A stretch of 63,579 nt of DNA, filler included, from Octopus bimaculoides (lineage: Eukaryota): assembly GCF_001194135.2 (NCBI RefSeq). It is 5 parts of 4 records of this genome, joined end to end, with 100 filler letters (N's around TTAATTAATTAA, not from the genome) between each part and the next. Parts side by side here need not be neighbours in the genome. Positions count along the whole stretch, not along the records: positions 1 to 31,947 come from NC_068982.1; 4 more parts are not named here. One strand, written 5' to 3'. This document shows positions 1-12,508 of the stretch, in pieces. The position numbers and the translations under genes are program-made. The notes beneath the pieces were generated by a model. The model was not told where the DNA came from. It made no database searches and saw nothing but the letters and a program-made list of their open reading frames with translations. Position 1 is the first letter of the stretch, and each line of letters starts with the position of its first letter.

Positions 1-214
1 TTCGAGCGTGGCCGTTTTCGTGCGGGTAACACATAAAAGCACCCACTACACTCTCTGAGTGGTTGGCGTTAGGAAGGGCATCCAGCTGTAGAAACTCTGC
101 CAAATTAGACTGGAGCCTGGTGTTGCCATCCGGTTTCACCAGTCCTCAGTCAAATCGTCCAACCCATGCTAGCATGGAAAGCGGACGTTAAACGATGATG
201 ATGATGATGATGAT
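1..214 (+). mobile_element. 3' UTR of an RTE-clade LINE with (GAT)n tail (5' part lies outside the window)
   Basis: Near-identical (4 differences in ~193 bp) to 18257-18470, which directly follows an RTE reverse-transcriptase C-terminal ORF; ends in (GAT)n. Confidence 0.85.
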
Positions 215-1867
215 CTTACACAATCTCTTAATCTCTCTTCCTAAGTCATGATATTTCCCAATTTCTTTGGTATCCATTCAATTATATGGTATTATACAGT
301 TTATGATCTTATACTTTTTTTTTGTTTCTTTTGTCCTCTATAATCATGTCTAGTTTTCTTATTTCAATAGTATGGTCAATCTTTATGGGGAAGTCCCATA
401 AAATTCTGTAATTCTTATTCTTTATCACAGCCTTTGGTTTGTGTTCATTTCACTCTCTCATATTTTTTAGGCTGTAGCTAAGAGACTGTATAACATGTAT
501 ACTTTAAACTTTGCCATTTCTGTACTGCTAACTATCACTCTCTCTTCAGTGGACCATTTCTACTGCCAGTCATCACCTACTCTTACTTTTGTCAATCATC
601 CACTCTCAACTCCATCCCAATAACCCTGCCTTTTCTAACATACAGTTGCTTCTTCCATTCACCCATCCTGGTCCCTCTGCTGTCATCACTTTCTCTCATG
701 TTCCCCTCAGTCACCTAAGAGACTTTGCACATTCTAGATAACTGAGTTCTCTCAATACTTACTCTTTTGCCTCTTTCATCCACCTATTTCTAGCTTTTCT
801 GCTATTATCACACTCACTCTCTTTCTATTTCTTTCTGCTAATCTCCTCTTTGGTCTACATATCATATCTTACTGAGTACCCTCTAAATTTTACTGCTTCC
901 AAGGCATACACACACGTGGTGGTACAACAAAAGAAAGAACTCGCACAATCACTCTGCATGGTGAGGGAGATAACTTTTCTAGTATTGGTGCTCTACAAAA
1001 TGCACCCAATGTACACTATAAAATGGTTGGCAAATGACTAGAGAAAGTGTAGGGATGTGAGGTCCCTTTAGTCTTGTCTTGTTTAAAATTTAGCCTCTCT
1101 AGAGTTGGTGCCACAAGAATGCACCTAATACACTCTGTAAAGTTGTAAAAAAGTTGTGATAGAAGGCCATCTACTGAGAAAACCAAACCAAATGACATGT
1201 ACAAGTACCAGTTGATGAAAGCAACAGCTCCTAATAAGAAATTACTCAGATGATGGAATCCTGTCAAACCTATGCCAGTATTGAAAGCAGACATTTAATG
1301 TTAATGATTGCACAAGTCAAACAACAGAGTAAAAAGCTACCTCAGAAGATCCTCTCTCATCCTGACCAATTCTATCACAACTCTTCTTGTTGCTGACTAG
1401 AGTTTGAATAAATTGCAGCTTTGTTTGTTTATATTCGTCTGTATTAGGTATCATATAAATTACATTCACTCAATTTATAGACAAATCTAAATTTATGAAG
1501 GTAAAATTTCAATTTCATACATGAAAAAAAAAGTTAATCACACTTACAGCATCCAAAAAGCAAAGGAAATGGCCACAACTATTTTCCACAGCTCTGTTTC
1601 GAGCAAAACCAACTGCAAGTAAAAATAAGCAAAAATTTGTTTAGTTCAATAATAATATGAGCATAACTACTCACTTGTACACAATCCATGAGTCATTTCA
1701 ATTAAACTGTACAACAAAGGTATATTAAGTTAATCTATACATAATGAATTTTTATTTATTTATCTTTTTAAAAGAATAAAAATAACATTTGAGTAGAGGC
1801 AAAATGACTCAGTTGACAAACTACCTAATTACCAGATCATAGATTTTAAGTTCACACTCTCTCACTC

Positions 1868-2075
1868 TCATCATTTAACATCTATTTTCTATGCTGGCAT
1901 GGGTTGGATGGCCTGACAAGAACTGGCAAGGCCAAGGACCACACCAGGTTCTATAGTCTGTTTTGGCTTGATTTCTATGGCTGGATGACCTTCCTAATGC
2001 TAACCACTTTACAGAGTGTACTGGGTGCTTTTTACATGGCACCATTACCAGTGCTTTTTACATGTCACCAGCACC
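1868..2075 (-). mobile_element. Degenerate RTE-type 3' end
   Basis: Reverse complement shares aagcacccagtacac...gtggttagcattaggaagg...ccatgccagcat motifs with 1-214. Confidence 0.65.
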
Positions 2076-2681
2076 CCGAAAACAATTTGTAGTATCTCTA
2101 GACAGAATAATACATCTCATTTGCTTCCATTCATTGAAAATATACCAAGTGTTTGAGGTATGTGAACTTAAATATTTTGAAAGCTTATAAAATGCACTAT
2201 CTCAATTTTAGCATGCCCTTTCTTGAACTACCATTTATCTAGATTCTGATTTTGTGTTTATAAGATGCAGAGTGATTTTCTGGGGCATAGTTTTGGGTAA
2301 GAAGTGCACCATATAAGTATACCACTCAGTTAAACAATATCTTTCATCTTCTTAGAAATCAATGAAATGCAGTACAAGTAATATACTACAGAAATACAAT
2401 GCTCCTACAAAATCAGTTCATACTCTACAAAAGAACGAAATTAATATTTTTAAAAAACTGACTTCTAGCAGATACAATGATGCTAAGTTATTGATTGTAA
2501 TCCATGGGCAAGTTTTGTTCATATATTGAACTAATTCACTTCACACAGACAGATAATGTGCACAAAGAAGTTATGAATTTTAAAGCTTCTTATTTTTTGA
2601 GGCCTAAAAATTGCAGGTTTCAGATCTGTGTAAAAAAGATATCTATAAAAAAAAGGTGAAAATGTAACGTTAGTGACTTAC

Positions 2682-2781
2682 CTCCCTTGGGCGAACCATA
2701 TTTATTTTTCATTAAAATAACTTGGATATTTTTTTCTTTTAATTTTGATCTCCAAACCTCTAAAAGGTCAAATGAATCATC
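2682..2781 (-). other. Candidate internal exon of an unidentified minus-strand gene
   Basis: ttttag| acceptor (2782-2783) and GAG|GTAAGT donor (2676-2681); phase 0 is open: DDSFDLLEVWRSKLKEKNIQVILMKNKYGSPKG. No homology recognised. Confidence 0.3.
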
Positions 2782-2869
2782 CTAAAATTTCAAATAAATA
2801 ATATCAATTATTATAATTCTCATTTTATTATTATTAGCATTATTGTAGTTGTTGCTTCTAATTAAGGTG

Positions 2870-3510
2870 TAAGGCCTAAATTAGAAGCAACAATTTTAAT
2901 TTTAAAGGAGAGGAACAGTTGATTATATTAACCCTCATACTTGACTGGTACTCTATCGGCCTTGAAATGATGAAAAACAAAGTTGACTTCAGCGAGATTT
3001 GAACTCTCATAGTAAAGAGCCAGAACAAATACTGCACTGCATTTTTTACTTGATGCTCTAATGATTCTGCCAATCCACTACCTTACATAATGATTCCTTA
3101 CACAGGTGCAAAGCCAGAAATTTGGTGATGGGAGTGGTATTCAACAACAATAAATGACTGGTATTTCGTTTTATTGGACCCCACCCCCTCCACCTCCAGA
3201 TGGACGAAATGCAAAGTTGACCACAGCAGGACTTGAACTCATATTGTAAAGACATTTTACGCAACACTCTAACAATTCTACAACTGTACCATGCTATAAT
3301 TTCTAATTTAGACACAAGGCAATTTTTGAGGGGAGGGGTTAGTTAATTACATTGATCTCAATACTTGACAGGTATGTACATTATCTAATCAGTCCCAGAA
3401 GGATGAAAGGTAAAGATGACCTCAGTAGTATTTGAACTTAGAATGTAAAGGTCTGGAATAAATACTGCAATGCATTTGTTCAATACTCAAACAATTCTGC
3501 CAAACCACAG
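2870..3510 (-). mobile_element. Three old head-to-tail copies of tRNA-derived SINE family A
   Basis: Each retains degenerate gatgaaaggcaaagttgacc...atttgaactc...attctgcca motifs of the younger copies at 3715-3949 and 9259-9475. Confidence 0.6.
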
Positions 3511-3550
3511 CTTTGATATAATTATTATTATTATTATTATTATTATTATT

Positions 3551-4012
3551 TCTATTCTAGGCACAAGGCCTTGAAAATTTGTGGGGAAAGGGGCTAGTCG
3601 ATTATATCAAATCCAGTGTGTAACTGGTACTTATTTCATCAACCCCGAAAGGATGAAAGGCAAAGTTGACCTCGGTGGAATTTAAACTCAAAACGTAGCG
3701 GCAGATGAAATACCTATTTCTTTTACTGCCCACAAGGGGCTACACACAGAGGGGACAAACAAGGACAGACAAACAGATTAAGTCGATTATATCGACCCCA
3801 GTGCGTAACTGGTACTTATTTAATCGACCCCGAAAGGATGAAAGGCAAAGTCGACCTCGGCGGAATTTGAACTCAGAACGTAGCAGCAGACTAAATACCG
3901 CTAAGCATTTCGCCCGGCGTGCTAACGATTCTGCCAGCTCGCCGCCTTCCGGCAGATGAAATACCGCTAAGCATTTCACCTGGCATGTTAATGATTCTGC
4001 CAGCTCACTCCC
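3551..4012 (-). mobile_element. SINE family A host copy (3551-3714 plus 3950-4012) split by a nested insertion
   Basis: The two halves join into one continuous SINE once 3715-3949 and one TSD copy are removed; (ATT)n lies at its tail side. Confidence 0.8.
3715..3949 (-). mobile_element. Young SINE family A copy with a distinct 3' tail, nested in an older copy
   Basis: CpG-intact head (ggcgagctggcagaatcgttagcacgccgggcg; B-box-like gagttcaaattcc); perfect 16-bp TSD cggcagatgaaatacc at 3699-3714 and 3950-3965. Confidence 0.9.
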
Positions 4013-4379
4013 TTCTATATTTAAGAGATGAGGAATTATGTACACAATTTACATTTGAAGGATATTTGTACTCATCTTGTTTGTTGTTAATACAACGTTT
4101 TGTCTTATATACCCTCCAGCCTTTATCAAGTGTCTTGGGGAAATTTCGAACATGGGTTCTCATTCCTAAGATATCTGTTGTTGTTGTTGTTATTATTATC
4201 ATTGCCTTTGCACAGCTTCTAACGCTGGAGATGTACTACAGTGTCAGCTGTTCACTACCAGTGAACTAAGGTAACACCCCTTATTTTTTGAGCACCTTCC
4301 AGAGTATTCAAGCAGTTCCAATACCCCCTTCACCTCCCCTATGGCTTACAGTTCTGCAAACTGTATGGTAACCTCAATA

Positions 4380-4565
4380 GTGCAAGTGACATGAAAAAAA
4401 GCACCCAGTCCATGCTGTAAAGTGGCTGATGCTAGGAACAGCATCCAGCTGTAAAAACCATACCAAAGTAAACACTAAAGCTTGATGTAGTTCTTAGACA
4501 CATTGAATTCTCACCAAACTCTCCAACCCATGCCAGCATGAAACATGGATGCTAAATGATGATAC
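4380..4565 (+). mobile_element. Degenerate RTE-type 3' end
   Basis: aaagcacccag...gcatccagctgtaaaaacc...ccaacccatgccagcatg...aaatgatgat, homologous to 1-214. Confidence 0.65.
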
Positions 4566-5368
4566 AATAATTAAAACAAGGTTAATTCAAACTATGAAAA
4601 CACAAATTGGATGACCCTCCTCCACACAGGTGAGAACCTACTGCTCACATTGAAACTAGGCGGCACTAGTGTATGGGTATGTGTGGAATGCACAAGCTTG
4701 ATCTGCTTCTTCATGCTAACCTCAAAATTAAAAACCAGGTAGTTGGTTCTATAATGTTGCCCTCAACCAATAGAAGTGTTACCAGCCCCACACATCAGCT
4801 AGGATCACCTGTAATTTTTGGAGACATGAAAAAACCTAACCTGCTTTTGATATAGAGATCGGTAACCTTCCTCATTTCCCATTCTTGGATATAGAACTCC
4901 AGTAAAGATATACCTTCCTTGATTAAAAAGCTGTACTAATAGATTTCTTCTTGGCAAGTTGATTCATGTTCAGAAATTGCCTGTTATTGACATCTTGAAC
5001 AGAGTTAAAACTGCTGCTTTTTGCTATATTCTTCATTTGATAAATTTATGTATTGTTGTTATTGTTATTACTTTTTGTTTATGTTTGGCTAATTTGTGTT
5101 TTTTAGATATTAACCCCTTAGCATTTAATCCAGCCATACATAGCCCAAATATTCTACCCATTTTATGTTCAAACTGGCTAGATCAAGCCTCTCACACCTA
5201 CTCTATTATGTCATTCTAAGACTAAACAGTTACATCATCGAAATATTGAAGCTGCAGATAATCCATGATTAATTAAAATCAATGTGAATAAATAAAGGTA
5301 ACATTTGACAAAATAATCTCAATGCTAAAGGGTTAAATTATGATTAACTGTGTCTATCTATTTGGTAT

Positions 5369-5748
5369 GCGGAGGCGCAATGGCCCAGTGGTTAAGGCAG
5401 CGGACTCGCGGTCGTAGGATTGCGGTTCTGATTCCCAGACCGGTTGTTGTGAGTGTTTATTGAGCAAAAACACCTAAAGCTCCACGAGGCTCTGGCAGGG
5501 GATGGTGGCAAACCCTGCTGTACTCTTCCACCACAACTTTCTCTCACTCTTACTTCCTGTTTCAGTTGTGCCTGTAATTCAAAGGGTCAGCCTTGTCACA
5601 CTGTGTCACACTTAATATCCCCGAGAACTACGTTAAGGCTACACGTGTCTGTGGAGTGCTCAGCCACTTGCACGTTAATTTCATGAGCAGACTGTTCCGT
5701 TGATCGGATCAACTGGAACCCTTGACGTCGTAAGCGACGGAGCGCCAA
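5369..5748 (+). mobile_element. Full-length tRNA-derived SINE (family C)
   Basis: A-box tggcccagtgg, B-box-like ggttctgattccc, CpG-rich; 11-bp TSD ctatttggtat at 5358-5368 and 5749-5759; tail shared with 24589-24740 and 57735-57866. Confidence 0.88.
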
Positions 5749-5924
5749 CTATTTGGTATATTTTTTTTTCACCACTATTTTAATCACTTTTCAGCTTCAC
5801 ACCTTCATTCCTATTCTTTAATCATGTAACTCCTCTACAGCAGGAAACAGTAAGAAATGGCTCAGTCCATTTTCTCTCATACTTTAGTTGCCTTCTTCAA
5901 AGGTTTGTAGTCTTGCAAGCTGCA

Positions 5925-6122
5925 TGGTGATCTCACTAGTGCTGGTGGTATGGAAAAAGTCCTCAGTACATGTTGTAAAATGGTTGGCATTAGGAAGGGC
6001 ATCCAGATGTAAAAACCATGCCTAAGAAGACACTGGAGCACAATGCAGTCTTTGGACCCATAAGATCTTGTCAAACCAGCCAACCCATGCTGGCATGGAA
6101 CATGGGACGTTTAATGATGATT
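5925..6122 (+). mobile_element. Degenerate RTE-type 3' end
   Basis: tggttggcattaggaagggcatccag...aacccatgctggcatggaacatgggacgtttaatgatgat. Confidence 0.7.
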
Positions 6123-7526
6123 TATCTTGTTTTGAATTTAAGTGACCCTTTGCTTTCAAAGAAGCATATTCAATGGCACTTCTCATGCTACAAGCTCTCA
6201 CTGTTCCTCTAGTAGAGAAAACCATATTGAAAATTGTTACTCACTAAACTACTTGGTTAGAAAATTATTGTAACCATAACAAATTTCAGAAAAAGAATGT
6301 TTAGAAGAGAACTTCTGTCTACTTCAGGGAATTAGACAAAAGGTTTATACACAGGGAAAAACTCCAAGGAGAGTAGTAGCAACAGCAGCAGCAGCAACAG
6401 GAGGAGAAGGAGGAGGGAATGTGCTGCAACAGTGCATCACTGCATCCACCATTTGTTAGCAATTCCCTGCTCCTGCTGGATGACACCTTTGCACCATTTA
6501 AGCGAAAACCCTGTAACCCATGAGTCTGTTTGGGCAGTTGTTGTTGGTGAGGACTTTACAAAGTCAGAGAGCAATTATTACCTCAACCTCTTTTAACTGC
6601 CTTTTACAACACTCAGCAAAAATGGGTCTGTTCTTTGACATGCCAGTCTCCACACGAGTACATTTGAAGCATTTAGTAACAGAGTGTCATAAGTGCCACT
6701 CCGGCCATTTTCAAGGTTAGTATATCATTTTCTTTGTCTCAACGTCTAAAATCCGAAAAAGTTGGGAGGGAGAACCAGTGAGGCTTGCAATAAGGTAAAA
6801 AATCTGACTGAAAAAAATTGCACCTCAACGCTATTGTCATGATGCTCGCTCACCCAAACTTGAACCAGACAGTTTAGTAACACACCATTGTAAGCACACA
6901 TGCTCAATCAATAACTTTGGTGTGGTCTCTGTATCATTTTTGAGGTGTTATGGTTCATTTTCTGATATTCCTTGTTAACAATGTAATGATAATGGGCTAT
7001 TATCTCACTATCTTGTCTTACTTACCTCTTAAAGATACTTACCTTGGTACATTAAAACACAAATAATACCTTTGTGGGGGATATGTATGTTTTTTCTAGG
7101 TATTATGGCTAAAATATGCAATGGAATACACCATTTTGTAGTACCGGTATATTCTACAAAATGAGAAAGATGCAGTCATTGTTTCGTCTTTCAGATGCAT
7201 GCATAAATAAATAATTTTACATAGATGGAATGATTAGAGGAGGTCTTCACAGTTATTTTAACTCCAAAACCAGCTTCCTAACTTCATTCCTTGTCAAGAT
7301 ATCGCATTCTGAAAGTCACAAAACTTTGACTGTGTTTTTCTCAGTTTTTAAGATGTGGCACTTACGACTGTCTGTTACTAAATGCCTCATTTGGTGATAC
7401 ACATCTTGTTTGTTCACAAAAGTAGAAACCATTATGATAGACACAGACATCAAGTGTTAATGAACTTATCATTGTGGCATGTTGACAGCTGAAAGTTTGT
7501 TTATTGTGTTGCCTTTTGTGCATGTG

Positions 7527-7557
<31 letters not shown>

Positions 7558-8732
7558 ATGCACGCGCACATGTGTCCATGCTTGCATGTGTGTGTATCAT
7601 TGTGTAAGATATTTATGTATGCAGCTACCACTGTTTCAGTTAAGATAGTAGTACTCTAATACTGGATACATTTGTATGCTGTAGAGGATCAACAGCTATT
7701 CAGAGCTAAAATATTTTTGGGCTCTTAAGAGATAAAAATCAGCCTTAGGATGCAGCATTAACTATAATATAGAAGTTGCAGAGTCACCATAACAGTCATT
7801 GGAAAGTGTGAACTTTTGAGGTAAATTCTATAGAGAGAGAGTATAGTGTTGTGATTGTGTTTTTTTATACATTTAGCAACTATGTTTTAGTATTATTAAA
7901 TAAAATTACATTGACGTATCAACTTTATTTGCAATCATACTACAAACCTAATGGTAGATAACTAGGTTGCATGTGAACAACATTTGGCATTTCTGTGCCT
8001 CTATACTAAATTCAAGATATATAATACATGAACAGTACTGTAGTGTAGGGCAAATTTGTTCTTTATATATCATCATGTTTCAGACTGCAATACTTACTGT
8101 ACTGGCATCATCATATGCTGATAATTCCAAGGAACCTGTAAATGTCTGATCAGATATTGACTTCAAACATTCATCCAACCACTTAGAAGCATTGTGTACA
8201 GGTAAAATGATGCTCTGTCAAAAGTAAAGAAAGAAAATGTTAGTAAAATATTCAGTATTTAACTATTCATGTAAAATTGATTTTACCAAAAACTGAAAAG
8301 GTGGTACTTTATGAATGAAGACAGAGATAAGATATCATAAAGAGAGGCAATGGGTGTATGAGATATTATACAGCTCACTAGTTCAAAAAGAGCAGAAATC
8401 ATTGTAGTAGAAAAATGAACAGGACACACCACACCATTGAGATAGTGGATGGATTAAAGTTCACTAATCAGTCAGGCAACCAATGTTTTGAAATACAATC
8501 TTAAATTATTTTTTGTGCATCAGTAGATCTATTTTTACTCCATGTACAAGTCATATACTAATGTTGGTTGTAATTGGGTTTTATGAAGAATCATCAGCAA
8601 CTATTCGAAAAACTAAGCATTTTTTAGCCCAGAAGAGAAAACCGTGCCTTTGAGATGCAATTTTGGCAATATTGCTTGTATGTGGTTATGAGTGTCTATC
8701 ATTTATAAACTCAGTGAAAAATTTTACTTGTA

Positions 8733-9200
8733 CAAGAGGTGTTCATTAAAGATTTTCCCTGACCCACTTCCGGTTATTTCAGGAAAGCGAACTTGTACAG
8801 GTATAATCATACATGTCACATTGTAAATTGCAGCTTTCCACTAGTATTCTTTTGCCTTTTACAGCTGCTGAAGTAGACTAAGGTGTTATAATGGAGGCAG
8901 TTGATTGCAGATCAGTGATCAGATTCTTATACTTGAAAGGTCATACACCAAAAGAGACTTTCGATGAGATGAAAGAAGTTTATGGTGACAATGCACCCAT
9001 TATACAACATAGTCAAGCACTGGCATCACCAGTTCAAAAGTAGTCAGACATTGGTGGAAACTGCTCCTACTCCTGGACAATCACATTCCACCATTGATGA
9101 CGACACCATCCATAAAGTGGAAGCTGCCATTCTGAAGGATCACCACATAGCTATTCAACAACTAGCCCAAGAAGTGAAGGTAAGTGTAGGGTCCATGAAA
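8733..9200 (+). mobile_element. 5' half of a mariner DNA transposon (left TIR plus N-terminal HTH of transposase, frameshifted and truncated)
   Basis: TA then CAAGAGGTGTTCATTAAAG (mariner-like TIR); ATG 8891 gives MEAVDCRSVIRFLYLKGHTPKETFDEMKEVYGDNAP, continuing after a frameshift as YNIVKHWHHQFKS...IQQLAQEVKVSVGSM. Confidence 0.8.
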
Positions 9201-9201
9201 A

Positions 9202-9475
9202 AAAGAGACTAAATACTTTGTACTCAGAGCAATAAGTAAATTATAGGATTTGCAGCAGGTTCTTTTCTACTCTAGGCACAAGGCCTGAAATTTTGGGGGA
9301 GGGGGCCAGTCGATTAGATCGACCTCAGTATGCAACTGGTATTTAAATCATCGACCCCGTAAGGATGAAAGGCAAAGTCGACCTCGGCGAAATTTGAACT
9401 CAGAACGTAAAGACAGACGAAATATCGCTATGTACTTCGCCCGGCGTGCTAACGTTTCTGCCAGCTCGCCGCCTT
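9202..9475 (-). mobile_element. SINE family A copy carrying ~57 bp of flank also found at 28984-29040
   Basis: 9202-9245 is identical to 28984-29027; SINE body 9259-9475 has intact CpGs. Confidence 0.85.
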
Positions 9476-11028
9476 AGAATCCAAAATATAATACAAACAC
9501 GAACGTGAGATTAACACTCAACGTTTATGCAATTACTTATTCTATACTTTGAAATGACTTTTGTATAGGATTTAAAGCATAGTCGTTTCATTCGAAAATT
9601 TAATGACGTTCGGCTTTTGAATAGTATTCTGGTAAATGCTTAGTATTTTCTTTTAAGTTTACTACCGCAGTGTGAAGATTACCTATTTAATATGTCCGTG
9701 TATGTGTAAGAGTGTGTCCAAGAGAAAGTGAAACATAAACATGTGCACATGCACATTACAAATGGAATATAAATGCGAGGTGTATACACATATGCAGATA
9801 AAAAAAAGTGACAGGTCGTTATACGTATGCATGTGCATACACACTTTGCTAAAATGTATTCCTTGATTTCCGTATAATCAACTACAACTGAAAACAGTAA
9901 ATAGGAAGGATGTGCACACCTTGTGCAGGGCTTTAAACACAGCAGTTCAATTAATAGAATTTTGAAACAGGCCGAATGAATAAAATAAAGTTATTTGAAC
10001 TCATTTTAAGATATAAATTAATTTAAATTCGCCCTCTAAGAATGCATAAGTTTAAAATAAAATATAAAATAAATATCCCATAACAAAATAAAATGAAATA
10101 AAAAACAACTTACTACATCTGACATGTTAAGAGATGTTATCTCGCAGCAGTTTCAGTTTCCTTTTTGTTTAGTTTTAAGCACCTAATGTTGATTTCTTTC
10201 CGCAAAATAAACGACTCTAGATGTGCATGTGGAGATAAGGTGAAGAGATGATGCCCATGCTTGTTTAACAGTGTTATTAGCAGCATAGGTAAGCTGAAAT
10301 GGCCTCAAACGGAAATCGAAACTGTTTCGTATATTGCACTAGTTAGAAACAGACCACGGTACTCGTTACATCTGTTGATGTTGATTAAACTGTCGGAACT
10401 CGAAAACAACATACTGAAGGGAGATAACAATCTTTAAACAGTGAACAATAAGGAAGATAACTCTAATGTAACTTGCTGATATCTCGTCTGTCATTTATGC
10501 CAATATATTGGGAATTCACTTTCATGCGCGACGATTCGCTTCGAATGAGCCAACGTTGAAACTTTTGAGATCTCTATTCTAGACACAGAAGCCTAGTACA
10601 TCTAAAGATGTGGAGATTATCTCGGCACACAAACTCAAAAGAAACATATCTCGAGACGGATGTGGGATGAATTGCCTCTTATTAAAGAATTTATCACCAT
10701 CAGTTATTAGAGGCAAATTTGGCGATGCGATATCCTAGGATAAATTACTGTGAAATCAATAGTCCCTCTAGAAAACAGATGAATTCCTGGGAGAAAGCAA
10801 TGGTCTACACGTCAACAATGCATTTGATATAACGCGCCTACCCTACAATGGGGTTCAAAGCAATGCCCAAACATAGTAAAAACATAAAATAGAACTCGTT
10901 GAAGTTTTTCATAATTTTCTTACAAACTTACTTTGACAACAAATCTATTTTGTTGAAGAAGACGGAAATCCTTGTGCACGTGTGAATGTTTACGTATGCA
11001 TGCACGCATACATACATATATACATACA

Positions 11029-11153
11029 GGCGTAGGAGTGGCTGTGTGGTAAGTAGCTTGCTTACCAACCACATGGTCTCGGGTTCAGTCCCACTGCGTG
11101 GCATCTTGGGCAAGTGTCTTCTGCTATAGCCTCGGGCCGACCAAAGTCTTGTG
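11029..11153 (+). mobile_element. 5' part of tRNA-derived SINE family B (CORE-like segment)
   Basis: ggcgtaggagtggctgtgtggtaag head, gggttcagtccc B-box-like motif, then tgcgtggcatcttgggcaagtgtctt, which resembles the CORE-SINE motif tgtgaccttgggcaagtcactt; matches 36546-36935. Confidence 0.8.
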
Positions 11154-11467
11154 AAGTTTATCATTTAAGTACATATGAGCATTTATAGATATGTAAGTAT
11201 ATGCATGAGAAGACATACATAAAACAAAACATAAATTTGCATACATACATACAGACAAAAATACCCTGTTGTTGATGTTGAAATTCCAATGAAGGAGCCT
11301 CGGATCTAGGTTAGAAACCGACTCTTTCTCTATTGGCAAGAAATCTTGGAATAAAACTGAATAATGACATACTTCTGATGAACAAAGCTGTACTCTCTGA
11401 GGTAAAAAAGAAAAAAGAAAAACTTGTTTAAAGAAAGAAAAAAACATCGTAGGACCCTTTCAACAAT

Positions 11468-12195
11468 ATGACTTGATTATAGGAAGGCATTTGACTCTAT
11501 ACCCCACTCATTACTGCTGAAGTGTCTCCATTTAACAAAAATGCCTGTTATCTTAATTGCTGCCATTGAGAAGCTCAAAGACCTGGGCAACAATTTCTAC
11601 ACTTAGAACAGAGAGTGGAACGATCGTTTCTAATGTCATAAATCATTCTAAGGAGATAGTCTCTCTGTACTTCTGTTCATTTTGACGTTAAACCCATTGT
11701 AATTCTTGCTACAAAAAACAAATGGCTACATGCTAGAGTCTGCAACTGCAAGAGATATTAATCTAACCCATAATTTCTTTGTGGATGACCTTAGATTTAT
11801 GCTAAAAATGTTAACAATGCCAATCAACAACTGAAAATAATAACATTTTCAGCTGACATAGGAATGGGATTTGGCCAGAAGTGTTCTTATTTGTTGAACA
11901 GGGAAAATCAGTCTCCCAGACACAAAACCTGCGCATCAATGGTCTCACTATTCCTCCTGTCCTACACAATGAATGCTACAAGTGCCTTGGCATTGATGAG
12001 AATATATCATATCAAGGTACTTTGAATAAAGATAGAGTGACCCAAGAATATTACACCAGACTAAGAATAGTGTGGCAGTCAAAACCCTCCTCTTACACGA
12101 CAATATCCCAGAATGCATTAGCAGTACCAGTGCTGATTCCAACATTTGGAATACTTGATTGGCATGTAGAAGAAATCCACTCCACAACATTGATA
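11468..12195 (+). pseudogene. Decayed reverse transcriptase of an R4/Dong-like non-LTR retrotransposon
   Basis: Across frameshifts: DYRKAFDSIPH, GDSLSVLLFILTLNPL, FVDDL, FSADIGMGFGQKC, YKCLGIDE, EYYTRLR, ALAVPVLIPTFGILDW. Confidence 0.8.
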
Positions 12196-12319
12196 CACGT
12201 GTAGCGTACAATCGAGTGAAATGCCTCTTTCCCCTTTAATATATATACATGCATTCGAACGTAACAGGTAACAGCTAGCCTTTGGCCGCTATTTGGACCC
12301 CGTTGTATCCACTACTCTG

Positions 12320-12480
12320 ATTGGTTGGTATTGGCGCAATTTGTCCCTTACACTGTCGCGCTAATTTGCAGCGTATAACCAATCGGAGCCTCTAAATAAA
12401 ATCACGTGAGACAGCCTGTTCTCAACCCAGTTTTGAACCTACAGCTCCTTTTAAAAACCCAAATGAATGAGCAGGTAAGT
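12320..12480. promoter_or_regulatory. Promoter-like motif cluster
   Basis: ATTGG at 12320 and 12330, CCAAT at 12379, TCACGTGA E-box at 12402-12409 in CpG-containing DNA, then CAG|GTAAGT at 12472-12480. It could instead be the ORF1 tail/spacer of the adjacent Tx1 fragment. Confidence 0.35.
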
Positions 12481-12508
12481 TCGAATTTCCCTCTTTTTCG
12501 TGTTTGAC

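Noticed and set aside
4623-4640. cacacaggtgagaa, matching the HTGE linker codons of the ZNF gene
   Set aside because: 14-bp match only; no Cys/His pattern in any frame around it.
5369-5445. tRNA-like heads (also 3900, 11029, 31115, 36900) as tRNA genes
   Set aside because: They have A/B boxes but no complete cloverleaf, and continue into SINE bodies with tails and TSDs.
6590-6680. Minus-strand KCFKC...G.SKNRP resembling a gag CCHC knuckle
   Set aside because: His and last Cys are absent, spacing is wrong, there are flanking stops and no other LTR/ORF1 evidence.
11262-11375. gaaaccgactc region as a second hammerhead
   Set aside because: The CTGANGA core is missing (ccaatga); it cannot be supported without a family consensus.
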